Shown here: piece by piece, positions 48,303-62,154 of the stretch | Numbering within the stretch: position 1 is the stretch's first letter | Layout: each line of letters begins with the position of its first letter | DNA from: Lobosporangium transversale | Lineage: Eukaryota | Direction: 5' to 3' | Length of the DNA: 64,000 bases | Assembly (NCBI RefSeq): GCF_002105155.1 | Contig: NW_019028981.1 | Coordinates: 620,001 to 684,000 of the forward strand | The notes under the pieces: generated by a model | Database searches by the model: none | What the model saw: only the letters and a program-made list of their open reading frames with translations | What the model was told of the DNA's origin: nothing | Program-made: the position numbers and the translations under genes

Positions 48303-49298
48303 ATGGTTCAGTCGCGACGCTTTCACTCAAACTTTCTGTTTATCATCCCTTTAACACAAGGTGTAGGTCTATCGTTTGTCTTCACATGTAGTTGCGCCAC
48401 ATTGAATTTCAATAGTATGGTCAAATTGTGTGATGCTCTTTAATCACAATGGTTTTGTTTTCTTATAATTATAGGTCCTTATTCTTATTTTTCTTGATTT
48501 CTGCAAGAATGCAGCGTTTTTCGCCAAACAAGTCGGTAACCTTACACCAAGCACACCCACAACCACAGGTGATGGTCAATTAATTTTACGACCAAGAGAT
48601 CCAGCATACTTAGCGGCACAATACATCTATGCGACATGGCTTATGATGATGATGATTAAGGCTGTCATTGGATTCCGCGCCAATTTAAAGGTAAAGCAGT
48701 TTTTTGTCCTTATCAGTTTCATAATCATCCTTAATGCTGAGTGCTAATTTTATATTTAAAATAAAATAAAATAAAATAAAATAAAACATCGGATAGTTCA
48801 ATGTTCGCTGGATGAGTATATACAACGTGCTGCTGGGACTCGACACTGGCTTTGAGTTTGTACATACTACGCTCGGTGTGCTCTTTCAGGACATGAGTCA
48901 GTTGGATGAAGCAGGTATTATTCGACACTATTGCGTCAGCTACCTTATTGTAAGTGGTCCTACATTTTATGTTCTATGTTTCATCGCAGTGATCAAGATC
49001 ATTCCTTATTTAACATATGCTGGCTGTCTCAATCTTCCCAATTTGTAGCTTATTTTACAACTTTATGGCTTTTTTTGCTGCTGGATTCACCTAAAATGGG
49101 TCAATATTGAAATGCCACATCTGTTTGCAGCAGACAGACCTCCACAGTCTCTCCTAGGACTGATGTTTCCAATGGCAATATCTTCAAGGCGTCGCATCAA
49201 TGGTCCTATGGGCGCTGTAGCAACAGAGGGGGCGGATGTTGTAGACCTAGAGTCAGTAGTAGTAGGATCATCCAGCAATGCAGCAGTAACGACAGAAC

Positions 49299-49330
<32 letters not shown>

Positions 49331-49525
49331 ACAACATCAACAACTATGCCTGCGCTAACACCAACGTCAACGTCTATACGAGCCATACCGGATTCCCAAC
49401 AAGAACCATCTCAGTTATCGATTGATACGGTCAACCATAATCAACAATCAATAGTGGAGCCATTACAAGCTACACCGGGCGGCAGAAGGACTATAGATAG
49501 TGATGAGATAGAAGTTGCTGTGTAA
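48303..49525 (+). CDS. Uncharacterized four-TM membrane protein (~301 aa) with T/A-rich tail
   Basis: Exons 48303-48362, 48475-48690, 48797-48949, 49049-49525, all phase 0 and GT-AG with no stops. Protein MVQSRRFHSNFLFIIPLTQGVLILIFLDF...YIYATWLMMMMIKAVIGF...WMSIYNVLLGLD...YLILILQLYGFFCCWIHL. Confidence 0.8.
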
Positions 49526-49774
49526 TAAAAATATCCGTAATTTACTGCTACATTAATATGACTGCTTCCGCTTCAAACCATAACAAAGCTCAGCCACTTT
49601 TTTTTTTTTTTTTTTTTTTTTTTTATCTCCTCTGCACTTTTGGATTGTGTCAAATAAGAATATCATTTGCTACCACCAGCACTCGCCTTCTTTTGCTCAT
49701 ACTTTCTCTTACTCCCTTCTTTCGCCATCCCTCCCTTCCTTACCAATTGCCATTCCGACTCTATTTCTTACGCA

Positions 49775-52700
49775 ATGGCACCCACAAAGAGAAAGGCGCC
49801 TGTACCTGCTCCCGCGCCTACTCAAGTCAAGAAGGTATCATTCAACCCACATAGTCTTTTCTCTATCACTTATTTGTAAACAATTAGCACTTTAGGACTC
49901 ATCAACTATCGCGAATTTCGTTCTTTAAATATGTTTCCCATTCTCTAATCTCAATTTCATCGTTGAAATTACGTATTCATAGTCAAAGAAGTTGACACAG
50001 CCTGTAATGGATCTTGCAAATGAAGAGGAGTCTTATGACGATATGATTGATAGTGAAGAAGAAGAAGAAGACGACGATGGAGAAGAAGGCGATTATATTG
50101 AGGGCGATGAAGAAGACATTGATCAGGACTCCGATGATGCGGATGAAGTAGAGGGATTTGAAGACGAACAGGATGAATTTATGGCTGCAGCAGAACATGA
50201 AGCGTCCACCAAATCGCCAAATACTATGGGCGTCAAAAATTCGTCCCTTTACAAAGCACCGACTAACGAGGAGATTCAGGGATTACAGGAGTCATCAGAT
50301 CTATTCAAGTCCAACATTTTCAAGCTTCAGATTGAAGAGTTGCTGAAGGAAGTACAGATCGATTATAAGAAGACTCAGTCTTTAGAGGCTGCTCTGCGTA
50401 AGCTCAAGGAGATTTTTGATCGGACTCCAGAGCACCATGAACTTTCGGTAATCTTATTTTTATTTCTTTATTTCTCAATCCAAATGAGGAACAGTACTAG
50501 TGCATCCATATCAATCGAAGCCCTTTTTGCTTTATATTATCGGAAGTTAACTTGTGCATGTATATGACGTTGGAAATTTGCAAATTTTAGCTTGCCACAA
50601 TCAAGAGCAACATGAAGAAGAAATCTATTACGATCCCTTTCCCACAGCCAGAACCAGCATCTGATATCCAATACACATTTGGATACAGTGCACCCCCAGC
50701 CATGCATCTCGTTGGCAGCTTCCCTTTGAAGGCTGTATCAAAGACCCGCTGTGGCTGGAGTGTTGATGTTGCAGTTGAGATGCCAGAGGAGCTCTTTCAA
50801 GAAAAGGATCACATGAACTACCGCTATTTTTACAAACGTGCATACTATCTTGCTGTGCTTGCGGCTGCTATTCAAGACAAAAAGTCTGGAATGTCTTCCT
50901 GCAAAACCGAATTCAGTACATTAAATGGAGATCAGCGCAAACCTATTTTGATTTTACACCCGTCCGGCGATAAAAGCGAGACTGATTTTAAGAAGTTGCG
51001 CTGTACAATCCGCATTATTCCTTATATCCCTTCAACAGTATTCCCTGCACAACGCTTAGCACCTGGCCGCAACAATGTTCGTCCATCAGACCCTAGTGTT
51101 GAACAGATCCCTACACCTCAGTACAACACGGCTCTTCAACAGGACACAGCCTTCACGTCTCATCTTACATTCCTTTATCAACACAGCAAGAACTGTCCTG
51201 CTTTCAAGGACGCATGCATTCTTCTTAAGATTTGGGCAACACAGCGTGGACTTCTTCGTCAGACGAGTGACAGCTTCAATGGATTCGTGCTTGAGATGTT
51301 GATGGCATACTTACTTCAAGGAGGGGGTGCCAATGGAGGAAAGAAGCTAGCTAATGGTTTTAGTTCATACCAACTTGTTAAAGGAACAATCGACTACATT
51401 TCTCAACATGACTTTGCTACCCAACCGGTCTTTATGGGTCAACACACCACTTTAGGGGATTTTTCTAAAGAGGTATTTGTTTCCAATTTCGAAGTCGTGA
51501 TCGTGGATCCCTCAGGAAAGATCAACTTGGCAGGGCACATCTCAAAGGCAGCTTTGGATGAGCTTCAGCACGAGGCTCGATTGGCCATGAAATTTTTCAC
51601 AGAGCCAAGTGACGACAAGTTTGAAGCTTTGTTTTTGAAACGAGTCGACAATCCTTTGCTGCGCTTTGATAACGTAGTCAAGATTCATGCACCCAAGAAT
51701 CTTGGCCAATCAAAGAGCTATAATAAGATTAAGGCACAGGATTACCCATCACCATTCATTCATTTCGCCTACTCGATCGCTCCATTGTTGAAGCGTGGCT
51801 TGACCGACAGAATTCATTTGGTGACAACTCGTTATGAACCTCTGGAGAACTGGTCGACATCCAGTGCAGTACCGGATTTTGCTGCAGGAACAGTCATCAC
51901 TGTTGGATTGTTGTTGAACCATGCAGAAAGTTCGCGTCTAGTCGACCTGGGCCCTCCTGCAGACGACTTGGAGGCTGCCAAAGTATTCCGTGATTTATGG
52001 GGTAGCAAAGCCGAGCTTCGTCGCTTCAAAGATGGAAGTATTCTTGAAAGCGCTGTGTGGGAGGCTAAAGGATCTGATGCTCGCCAATTGATTGTAGGCC
52101 AGATGATCAGCCATTTATTGAAACATCACCTTGCTGTGCCTCACGACTCTGTGCACTACTGGGCTGGACAGCTTAACAAATTTATTCAGTACAACAGCAA
52201 GATTGTTCCAGAGCGCCTGTTCGACAACAGCAAAGCAGCAGCTAGCGGCTTTCAGGATGCTGTTGCAGCCTTTGAGGCCTTGACAAAGGCTGTCAAGACT
52301 GCTGAGAACATGCCTCTCTCTGTTACTCACATGTACTTTGCCTCTCCCGCTGCCCGCCTCTCGTCTACATTTATTCCTCAGCCTCGCGATTTCAACGTGC
52401 CTGCCAATAACTTTCCAGACAGTGCTCAATATGTGGAGCCTTTGGATACAGTCATTCAGTTTGAATCTTCTCAAAAATGGCCTGATAATCTTAAGGCTAT
52501 CCAAAGGATGAAGACTGCTTTTTATCTCCGCCTGGCTGACAAACTCAAGTCTAAGGGCATGCGTGCGACTGTTGTAGAGGAGACAGAGGAGGACTCACTG
52601 GCGTTGAATGGATACATGGATGTCCGTGTTGCGCCTGGTTATGTTTTTCGCTGCAGAATCTCGCACGATCGGGAAATGACATTGTGCGAAAACATTATTT

Positions 52701-54090
52701 CAGACCGAAAGTCGAGCCATCGTCTCAAGGAGCAGCACCAAAAAGCACTTGATCTTTATAGGAGGTACTTTGTTCAAGCACCCATGCATACTTTCCAAGT
52801 CCATGCTCTTTGCCACAGGCATCCTTCACTCTCGCAAACAATCCGTCTGACAAAGCGATGGGTCAGTGCTCATTGGCTTGCGCCCTTCTTCAACGACGAG
52901 ACGTTAGAGCTGTTGGCAGCAGCGGTCTATGTGGACTCTGCACCATGGGCAGCTCCAGCAAGTGGATTCACTGGATTCGCTCGTGTGTTGAGTCTGTTGG
53001 CGACTTGGGACTGGAAACATGAGCCCTTGGTGGTGGATCTAACTGGGGAGATGACAGGGAAGGAACGAGAAGAAATCCGTCACAACTTTGCTAACACTCG
53101 AAAGAACATGATTACATCGACTTCTGCAACCTCATCTCAAACGAAGACAACAACAATCTCGAATGACCATGCGACCATGTTCATTGCAACTGGCAAAGAC
53201 ACGCTCTCACAGTGGTGGACATGGGAGTCACCCTCACCCATGTTGGTGGCACGTCTGCGCGCATTGGCCAAGACAAGTCTGGATTACATGACGCAGACCA
53301 TCTCTTCTTCCGAGACGACGGGTTCGTCGGCTCTGAACCCAGTCTTTATCACGCCTACTGTTCATTACGACTTGATTATGGATTTAGATCCAGCCTTGTG
53401 CACACGTTATGCTCAAAGCTTGACGCCCAATGCACAGTACTTTACAACCAAAGGTGACAAATACAAGAATCTGAGCTCGCTTCAGAAGAGTGTGTTTGGT
53501 GACGAGATTTTGATAGGCTTTGACCCTGCTGCAGAATATTTGACAGAACTTCAGGTAAATACGATTCGACTCTGTGTTATTATTGTCTCCCTTTTTCTTT
53601 TAAAGGATTGAATGCAATTTGATGTATAAACAAAGCTAACATCCATGTTACATCGGGTGTTTTATGTGTAATAGAGAGCATACGGAGATACCGCATTGTT
53701 CTTCCATGACAAGTATGGTGGCACACAGATCGGAGTTCTCTGGAACCCGATTGCTTTGAGCCCGAGAGCATGGAAGGTCAATCTCGGCTTCAATAGCAAG
53801 CCTGCGGATGCGAACAAAGATGGTGTTTTGGTAGGGAACCCGTTTATAGGAGGCAATGAGATTCAATATTAAATGGTCTGGAGTTGAACTGACCTCCTTT
53901 TTTTTATTTTGGCTTTTTTTTTTAGGAGGTCAAGGAGCAGGAGTCCAAACCCAAGAGCGGAAAAGGTAACGCTGCATCCTCCAAGCTGGTTGTTCCAAAC
54001 ATCGAGGCCCTGGTGAGTGAGATGGAACGTATTGGCCATGGTCTTGTCCGGTCTGTCCAGATCAATCGGGACCCTACTGCTACCAACTAA
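49775..54090 (+). CDS. UTP22: U3 snoRNA-associated protein Utp22/NOL6 (Nrap family)
   Basis: Exons 49775-49834, 49983-50447, 50591-53554, 53675-53830, 53926-54090. DLFKSNIFKLQIEELL, LFQEKDHMNYRYFYKRAYYLA, WGSKAELRRFKDGSILES, FESSQKWPDNL, ALFFHDKYGG. Confidence 0.96.
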
Positions 54091-54178
54091 TCCTTAAAAA
54101 TTCCAGCATTTCCTCTTTCACTTTACATCAGCTCTATTTTCATCCATTTGCATCGTTTTTTCCTATTCAAATAATAAA

Positions 54179-54209
<31 letters not shown>

Positions 54210-55168
54210 CACTTCATTAAGATAAAGGCTGTGCCAGACAAGAGGGAATGCATAGTAGATTCCCATGTGTGAGCTAAGCTGTATGTACAATAGTATGTTC
54301 CCCTACCCCTCTTCCCCTTATTTTATACTTTGTATTTCAAATCACTAAGAGAAATCGTGCTCGAGCCACGGAGCGGAGCAGCGTGCGCACACACACTTGG
54401 AAAACAAATAAAAAAAGGGTCATCATGGATATACATGTGTACATGTCGTTGATTGTTGATCCTGGCATGATGTTGTTTGGCCCGATGATCAAATGTGTAT
54501 CCATTTCTCCCCCCTATATTTTATTTTTTTTTTTTTTTTTTGATGTCAGACTAAACAGCTCTTCTAAGTCATCCACCCATATTATCCAACAATACGGACA
54601 AAAAGGAAGGAGGAGGGGGGGGAAGAAAAGGACCAGATGGCCAACTTGGTTTGGACTAGAGGAATGCCCTTCGACGTTGAAAAAACATTGAGATATACAG
54701 TGATTGCATACGTTATCTCCTTCTGTTCTTCCTTCTTTCTTTTTCTTTCTTCTCCTTCCCTTTTCCTCCTATTATCCCCTTTTCGTCCATATTCTTGACC
54801 TGCCATTGACTCTCCTTTTCGCGCACGACCGTCAACTTGTCTTACTATATTCCCAACAATTGTTTCCACGCTCTCCTTTTTTTTTTTTTTTTTTTTTTTT
54901 TTTCTATTGTTATTTTTGATCATTTTTCTTTCTCTCTTCTTCAACTGTCAGCTTCTTTTTCTGTCTTGAGACACAGGATTCCAAAACTATAAGCTTTTAT
55001 CATAACCAACAACACTTGTCGTCCTTTTAGAGTATACATTCCATCAACAATCTCTCACTTCAATTTCCGTTTACTTTTTTTTTTTTTTTTTTTTTTTCTG
55101 AAAAAGAAAAAAGAGAGTGTCGCTATATTTTGACCTTAAATTGTTATTTGCATTTAAGATTTGGATGA

Positions 55169-58100
55169 ATGTCTCATAACGAAGGCAACGAGACTGTTCT
55201 TCTGGCGCCAAATGGCTGTCCACTTGAGCACTTGCCTGAAGATCCAACACGTCTCTTTTCATCCAATGGCCTTACACTGGACCTACCCAGAATCGGATGG
55301 ATTGGTGCTGGGATCTGTACACTCCTGGCGACCATTATATCTTTTGTCTTGATTTATCGGCATTTACAATATTATACCAAGGTAAAACGGCCTCGTCCTC
55401 ACTGTTAATCATTATCATTGTCAGCAGCATCATTAACAACAGCAACGAATTGAAATAGCCAGTCAAGCGACTTACTCTTCCTCTTCCTCTTCCTCTCTTA
55501 ATCAGCCAAATCAACAGCGCCACATTGTCCGAATGCTTTTAATGGTTCCTATCTATGCGATCACATCCTGGTTCTCATTTGTCTATGTCCGAGAAGCAGT
55601 CTACTACGACAAGATCCGAATCCTTTACGAGGCCTTTGTGATTTCCTCCTTCTTAATCTTGATGCTTCAATACCTTGGAGATTCACTTGAGGATCAAAAA
55701 CGAGTGTTAAGGCGACATAAAAAGACGGAGCGATGGTTTTTCCCCTTATGTTGTATGAAATACAATCCTTCAAGACCTCACTTTTTACAATATATGAAAT
55801 GGGGCATTCTACAATATGTTCCTCTTAATGTGTTGGCCACCGTCTTGACGATCATCCTCCAAATCCAAGGAAGTTATTGTGAAAGTAGTTGGAATCCCAA
55901 ATTCGGTCATGTCTGGATCTTGGTCATACAAACTACTGCTGTCACCATTTCGACTTACTTTCTGGTAAATAGTATTATCCGATAACGAGAAGATGAAAGA
56001 AAGAAAAAGAAAAAACAAGGCAGGAGCCAACTAACGATATTGGTTTTTTTTTTTTTTTTTTTTTTTTTTTGAGTGGTTGTAGATCATGTTTTACTTCACA
56101 GTTCGTGAGGATCTCAAGGAATATTCACCTTTTTACAAGTTTATGTCTGTCAAGCTGGTAAAAAAAAAATTATGCAGGAAAAATTGAAATGGTTGTGATC
56201 ATTACTGCCGTTTTTATTTTCGCTAATCGATTTTTTTTTTCTTTTTTCTTTTCAAAAAGGTGGTCTTCTTCTCATTCTGGCAAATGGTGGCAGTCGAAGG
56301 CCTTGTCTATTTTGGATATATCAAGGAGACGACATATTGGTCAACCACTGATATTGCTGTCGGCATTAATGCGATCCTGATTGATATTGAGATGGTCTTT
56401 TTCGCCATCATGCATCTCAAAGCGTTTAGTTACAAGCCCTATGTACCACTCATTATCAACCCAGAATTGCCAGAGGAGAAAAAACAAGCATTGTTGCTCG
56501 CTAATGATGCTAATGACAATGACAATAATAACAACAGCAGTCCCAAAGAAAAATCGATCAAGAGTAAAGAAAAAGGGAGCCACAAGGAGATTGATGTTGA
56601 CATCGATAAGGATCTAGAAGCTCTCAAAAACAACTCTCTGGGCCCCATCGACTCAACTTCAAACCCAACGGACGGCAATAAGAAAAAAAAAGGCAACCAT
56701 GATCGTCTCCAAAATCAATCCTTAGCCTCAATCCGATCTGATCGACGACGCGAGCCCTCTTCTAACTTGACACCCTCTTCATCCTTCAGAAGGCCTCCAC
56801 CAGGCGCAGATCCTAGACCAGGGACCGATCCAACTGTCAAACGCTCCAAATCTAAAAAGAGCAACAACAAAGAGGGCAAGATGAAGGGCAAAAAAGATGA
56901 TGAGGACGAGGAGCTGCCCGAGATGATCATGGACAGGACTCAAAAGACACCTATCTGGAAGGGGCTTTTAGATTCATTCAATCCTCTGGATACGATCCGG
57001 GAGTTGGCCTATGGAGTCAAGTACATGTACAGGTGGTCCAGAGGAATCCCAGTGGATAAGGACAGTAGGCGACTGCTGGACCTTGAGCGCGCTTTCGGAA
57101 GGACACGACCAGAAGTCCCTTATATACCTCCACCCAAAGATGAAAAAGCCAAGAAGAATAAGAAGAAAAAGAACAAAGATAAAAACAAGAAGACAAAGAA
57201 TAACCAGGTGGGCGAAAGCGATACTGAAAGTACAAGCGGATCTGAAGATGAGGATTTTGATTACGACGATGAGAAGGGCGATAAAGATGGCAAACATAAT
57301 AAGGACGAGTCTTATGATCGCGGTAGTAACAGGGTTAAGGACCACGGTGAAAAGGAGAAAGAGAATGGTTCTAGGAAAGAGAATGCGTCAGTCAGTCGGT
57401 ACCGCCAGTTTCCGGATGATTTCAATAGAAATGAAAGACCCACAACGCAACGACGTGGTGACACTACATATGATATCGGGCACAGTAATGGAAGCAATAG
57501 TCGTCCCACAGACTCGATGCGCTCGGCTGGAGGCGTAGGCATGGCTGGTTCAGGAGGAGGTCGATCACCCGTGACACGGAAACCAGTAAAGCCTGTCACT
57601 GGCTTTATTAGTGGTAACGCCGCTAAGGATAAGAGCATTATTTCATCAACTTCCAATGCTTCATTGAATCAAGGTGGGCGTCCAGGACAGAGTAAGCAGC
57701 AACAACAGCAACCTTCATCATCGCCTGCAAAGAAGAAGAAGAGTGTTGAGTACCTCGGAAAAGAGGAAGCCGCTCGAACCGAACGCGCAACACTCCCAGA
57801 TATCCAGCCAGAGCCAGTTGAAAGAAAAGTACTGCTCTCAGGACTCTATGTAGATATGCCTCCATTACCAGTAGAAATTGAAGATGATGACGATAATGAT
57901 ACCCACCGCAACCCTCTGACCGAAGAGTCTTCTTCTAGAAGCAGTAGCTCTTTGGATATCCCAGTTCCTAGAATGAATTACCAAGACCGTCATCATCATC
58001 CATTACAAGACCGCTCTTTTCGCAAACACCAACATCATACTGGGTATGACATGCATGACCCAAGAGTACAGGAATACGAGGCATGGAGGCGCAAAGGGGA

Positions 58101-60141
58101 TGGTGACACAAATCCGCAACCCTCAATCTTGAAGTTTCAACACCGAGACCATGAGCTGGAACGCGCCGCTGCAGTCCCATATGTACTACCAGTCCCTGCC
58201 GTCCCATTGTCTACTCGTCCCAATGTCGGACCTATGATGTCCGGCGACCCCTACCAACGTGAACGGGACTTGGATCGTGCTGAATCTTCCGCCGTCGCCA
58301 TCAATATTCCTGACGATGACCACCAAGCGATAACTGAGCGCCCAGCACTGGCTATAGCAACACAGACGGAACCATTACCTCGTGACCATAGATACTCTCG
58401 CCCCCGAACAGAAGAAAAACCAACTATAGTGGCAATCCATTATGATGACCGCCCTGCAGTTGCAGCCGCATTAGGTCATGGAAGAATCGCATCAGGAGAT
58501 GCAGGAGCTGCTACAATAAGATCGGAGCGGGACTTTTACCATCATCAACGTGATGCAAGTCGTTCAGACCCAGAGTTATCCAGGTACAGAAATCTTGGTT
58601 ATGAGGGTGATGAAAGAAGCGATGAGGTTGAATCGTATTACGAGGAACAGGACCTTTGTCATATCCGTCAGCAGAGCTCTCAAGGTCCTCGAGTTACACC
58701 GAAGGCTACAGCCCCGCAACAGGCCTTAGCATCTGAACCCACTCTGGTTCCTACCTCTACTGTCGCTATCGCCACTGCCCCTATTACTACCTCTGCTCCT
58801 ACGCCTGGCTCTGCTCCCGTCACTGACCTTACGCCTCCAGTCCCAGCTTTTGATGATGTTGATCCCATTGTCGCTCAGTATAATCAGTTGCAATATAAGC
58901 AAAAGCTTGAAGAGCATCAACACTTGCAAGAAAAACAACAGCAACAACAACAGAAGCAACAGCAAGAAAAAAAATTACTGCAGCCACAGCAGAAGCGTCA
59001 GGAACGACATGAAGGCTCCCGACCTCAACGCCACCGTCCACAGCTACAGCCGCCATTGCATCGCGAAGCTCGACAATACGCTCCACCACCAATTCGACGT
59101 AGAAACAGCCTTGAAAGTCTTAGCTCAGACAACAGCGGTGGTTTCCGCGTACGAGCTATTGCAGGAGCATACGACCGCCGCCATCACGCCTACGTTTATG
59201 GCGGTTATGGTGGTTACGATGGATATGACAGATATGGATATGGGTATGGATACAATGATGGGCATGATAGGTATGGACGTAGGGATGAATTTAGGGGTAG
59301 AGATAGAGAAAGAGAGAAGGACAGAGGCAGATATAGAGATGAGCACTACGAACGATATCGCCCTTCTTCTCCAACGTCGTCCACAACCTCTCGCTTCACA
59401 GACACTCGTTACGAACACGCATACCGGCATCCTTTACCACTGTCACAGCCTGTCCAGCCGCTGCAATTTTACAGGTTCCCTGAAGAGAGAGAGCTGTATG
59501 AGCAGCGACGACGAGAACTGCAACACCAGCAGGAGCAGCAAACAAGTCAACGTGGGCACGAACAAGGCACAGGGTATGGCTCAAACCCATCTATGCGTCA
59601 GAGCACAACCATTAGTTCTAATGCACGACCATTGCGGGACCACGAACGATCCTACCAGTTGTCGCGCCAGCAAGATCAGCAGCAGCAGCAGAGGGATCAA
59701 CGTACACAACGAAAACCAAACACAAGCTCATTCTATGACGATCTCTCGCAGTACACTATTCCTCAACGTCCTGCAGGCGCATCCCATCCAGCAAAATCCT
59801 CTCAAGCTCGTGGCATAATACCTTTGCCCACCCAAATGCCGAATGCCTCACACATGATGCCCTTACCCATTCCTATGCCCATCTACCCATCGCAACCTCA
59901 GCCTGCGAGACGCTCGACTATGGACTATGCTCAACCGGATCCAAGCAACTATCATGGTGGTGGGAGAGTAGATGCTGGAATGGATGGCTTGTTTCCTGCA
60001 TCCAGGTACGCAGCTCCGTTTTTGAGAGATTATGAACTGCAACAACGTGAAGGCCGTCGACAAATGGCCAGGAGTCCGCCAATTGATGGGCCATCAAGTT
60101 TTAACACGAGACAGATGACGGAAGGAGGATCGAGATATTAA
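55169..60141 (+). CDS. TMEM184/OST-alpha family (Hfl1-like) 7-TM protein with ~1200-aa disordered C-terminal tail (~1540 aa)
   Basis: Exons 55169-55381, 55506-55964, 56083-56157, 56260-60141. HLQYYTKPNQQRHIVRMLLMVPIYA, YEAFVI, KWGILQYV, KFMSVKLVVFFSFWQ, IEMVFFAIMHLKAFSYKPY. Confidence 0.92.
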
Positions 60142-60264
60142 CAGATGATAGTTATATAGACGCAGTTTATAATAAATGAGCATACATCACATCATCCAGC
60201 CAGGTTTGGCCTAACTTTTCATCTTTGTTAATTTTCGAAGAAATTGATTGATTTATTTTTATTT

Positions 60265-62121
60265 TTACATGGCCGGGACGGTAACTTGAGAGGCATCTAA
60301 GCCCAAAGCGTGCAAAAATAGATTGACATTTCCAATCCTCTGTGCTGCCTTCTCAGGAGCAGAGCGCGATGTCTGCGCTGCAATTACATTATCCAAAACT
60401 TGCTCTCTATTGTTGTAAATATGAAGAAGGCGTTTATCAATACTCCGAACATTTTATAAAAAAAAAAAAAAAAAAAAGATGGCTTGATCAATTCTTCTTT
60501 TTCTTTTTCTTTTTCTTTTTCTTTTTCTTTTTTCTTTTTGTTACTAGCCCATCTCTAAATCCATACCTAACTTCGGTTACAAGAACATGTTGTTGCTCAA
60601 CCGAGGCACCCACAGCCATGGCTGCCAAAAACCGCCATACGTGAACATCTTCTGCCATGGTGGCCTTGGGCATGAATAGCGCGGCGAAATGTGTCTGCAA
60701 TTGACTGAAAAGTCGATTATAAAGCTCGTTCCATTGTTCAATTTCGCGTTCATCCGGAATAGGATAATTACTATGTCCCTGTTTCAGAATCTCTGCACGG
60801 GTCAAGAATAATGTCAAAAAAGCCAAACCTGGTCTGCTTCTCGCCACCCAGATCATATTGTTGCGCTCAATGAACAATGCCAAAAGCCCAACAACAATCC
60901 TGAAGGGTGCCTCGGAGACAAATCCCAGTAGAGGCGGCACAATCGTATTCATGAACAGCTCAATCTCCTGGTTACCCTCCACATCTGCATAGATCTCGGA
61001 CTTGCAAACATTCAACGAGTCAAAATTGGCAACGAGCATTGTCAACAGCGTCAGTATCTGCTCAGGAAGCAAATGGCGAAGTACGCGAGGAATGACTTTC
61101 TTTCCCTTGGAATAATTCAAAATCGAGATGAAGGGATGGGGATGACTAATGTAGGTTTTTTTTTTTTTTGTTAAAAAATAGAATAAAATAAAGCCTGTTA
61201 ATAAGGGTCAATTTAGTTGGAAATCAAGCCTACGTCCCTCTTCTGACAACAAAAAATAATTAACTCACACAATGCTGATAGGGACAGTGATTCGAAGCTC
61301 TCTCCACATCTTGCGAGCTAATTCTCCATATTCCTCGTTCCATTGCTGAATAACTTCTCTTGCAAGCTCTTCCTCGCCTGGTCTAGGAGGAGGAGGCTGT
61401 TGTCGTCTCATCTGCTCCAGAGCTAGGACGCAAGTGTAGACGTTCTCAATCCATCCCAAGACAGTGTGTGACTTGGTGCTGACAGGCCCAGGCGAAGGAG
61501 GCTTGGGCAAGTTTCCAGCTAAAACATCATTGGTAGATCCACGCTTCGAGACCTGCAAGAGTTGACGGGGATTGAGCACAGAGTTGACAGCAATCTTTCC
61601 GAGAGCACCCTCCACAGTAACTATGAGTAAATGATGAATCGACATGATATGATCAGAAACAAATGATTTCATTTCTTAACACAGATCAAAGAGATTAAGA
61701 TGTCCCGGGACATTTAATTTCCGTTCGCTTCACAATTTCACAATACCATTAGTGCGCTTGGGATTGCGTTTAGCATCGCTGACGATCCTCTGAACTTGCT
61801 GTTGCATTCGCTGCTCTGTTCGGCCATTGCCTCGGCGTCTGTTGTCGGGATGTCCTGAATCCATCATACTGCCAGGTATGCCCATCTGTTGAAGATGTCT
61901 GTTGCGAAGAGCAGTGTACACTTGACAATAAAAGTCATCGGCGTAAGGGTCATCTGTAACCAACTGAGAAATCTGAATACGGTTGATGAAATCCTTGTCG
62001 CTCTGAGTCATTAACCCATTATGCTTCGCCTAAATATAATTGCGATGGGTTTACAACGAGCAAAAAGTTAAAGTAGGCACTTTTACAGTTTTTCTTTTTT
62101 TTTTTTTTCTAAGTGAAAAAA

Positions 62122-62154
<33 letters not shown>

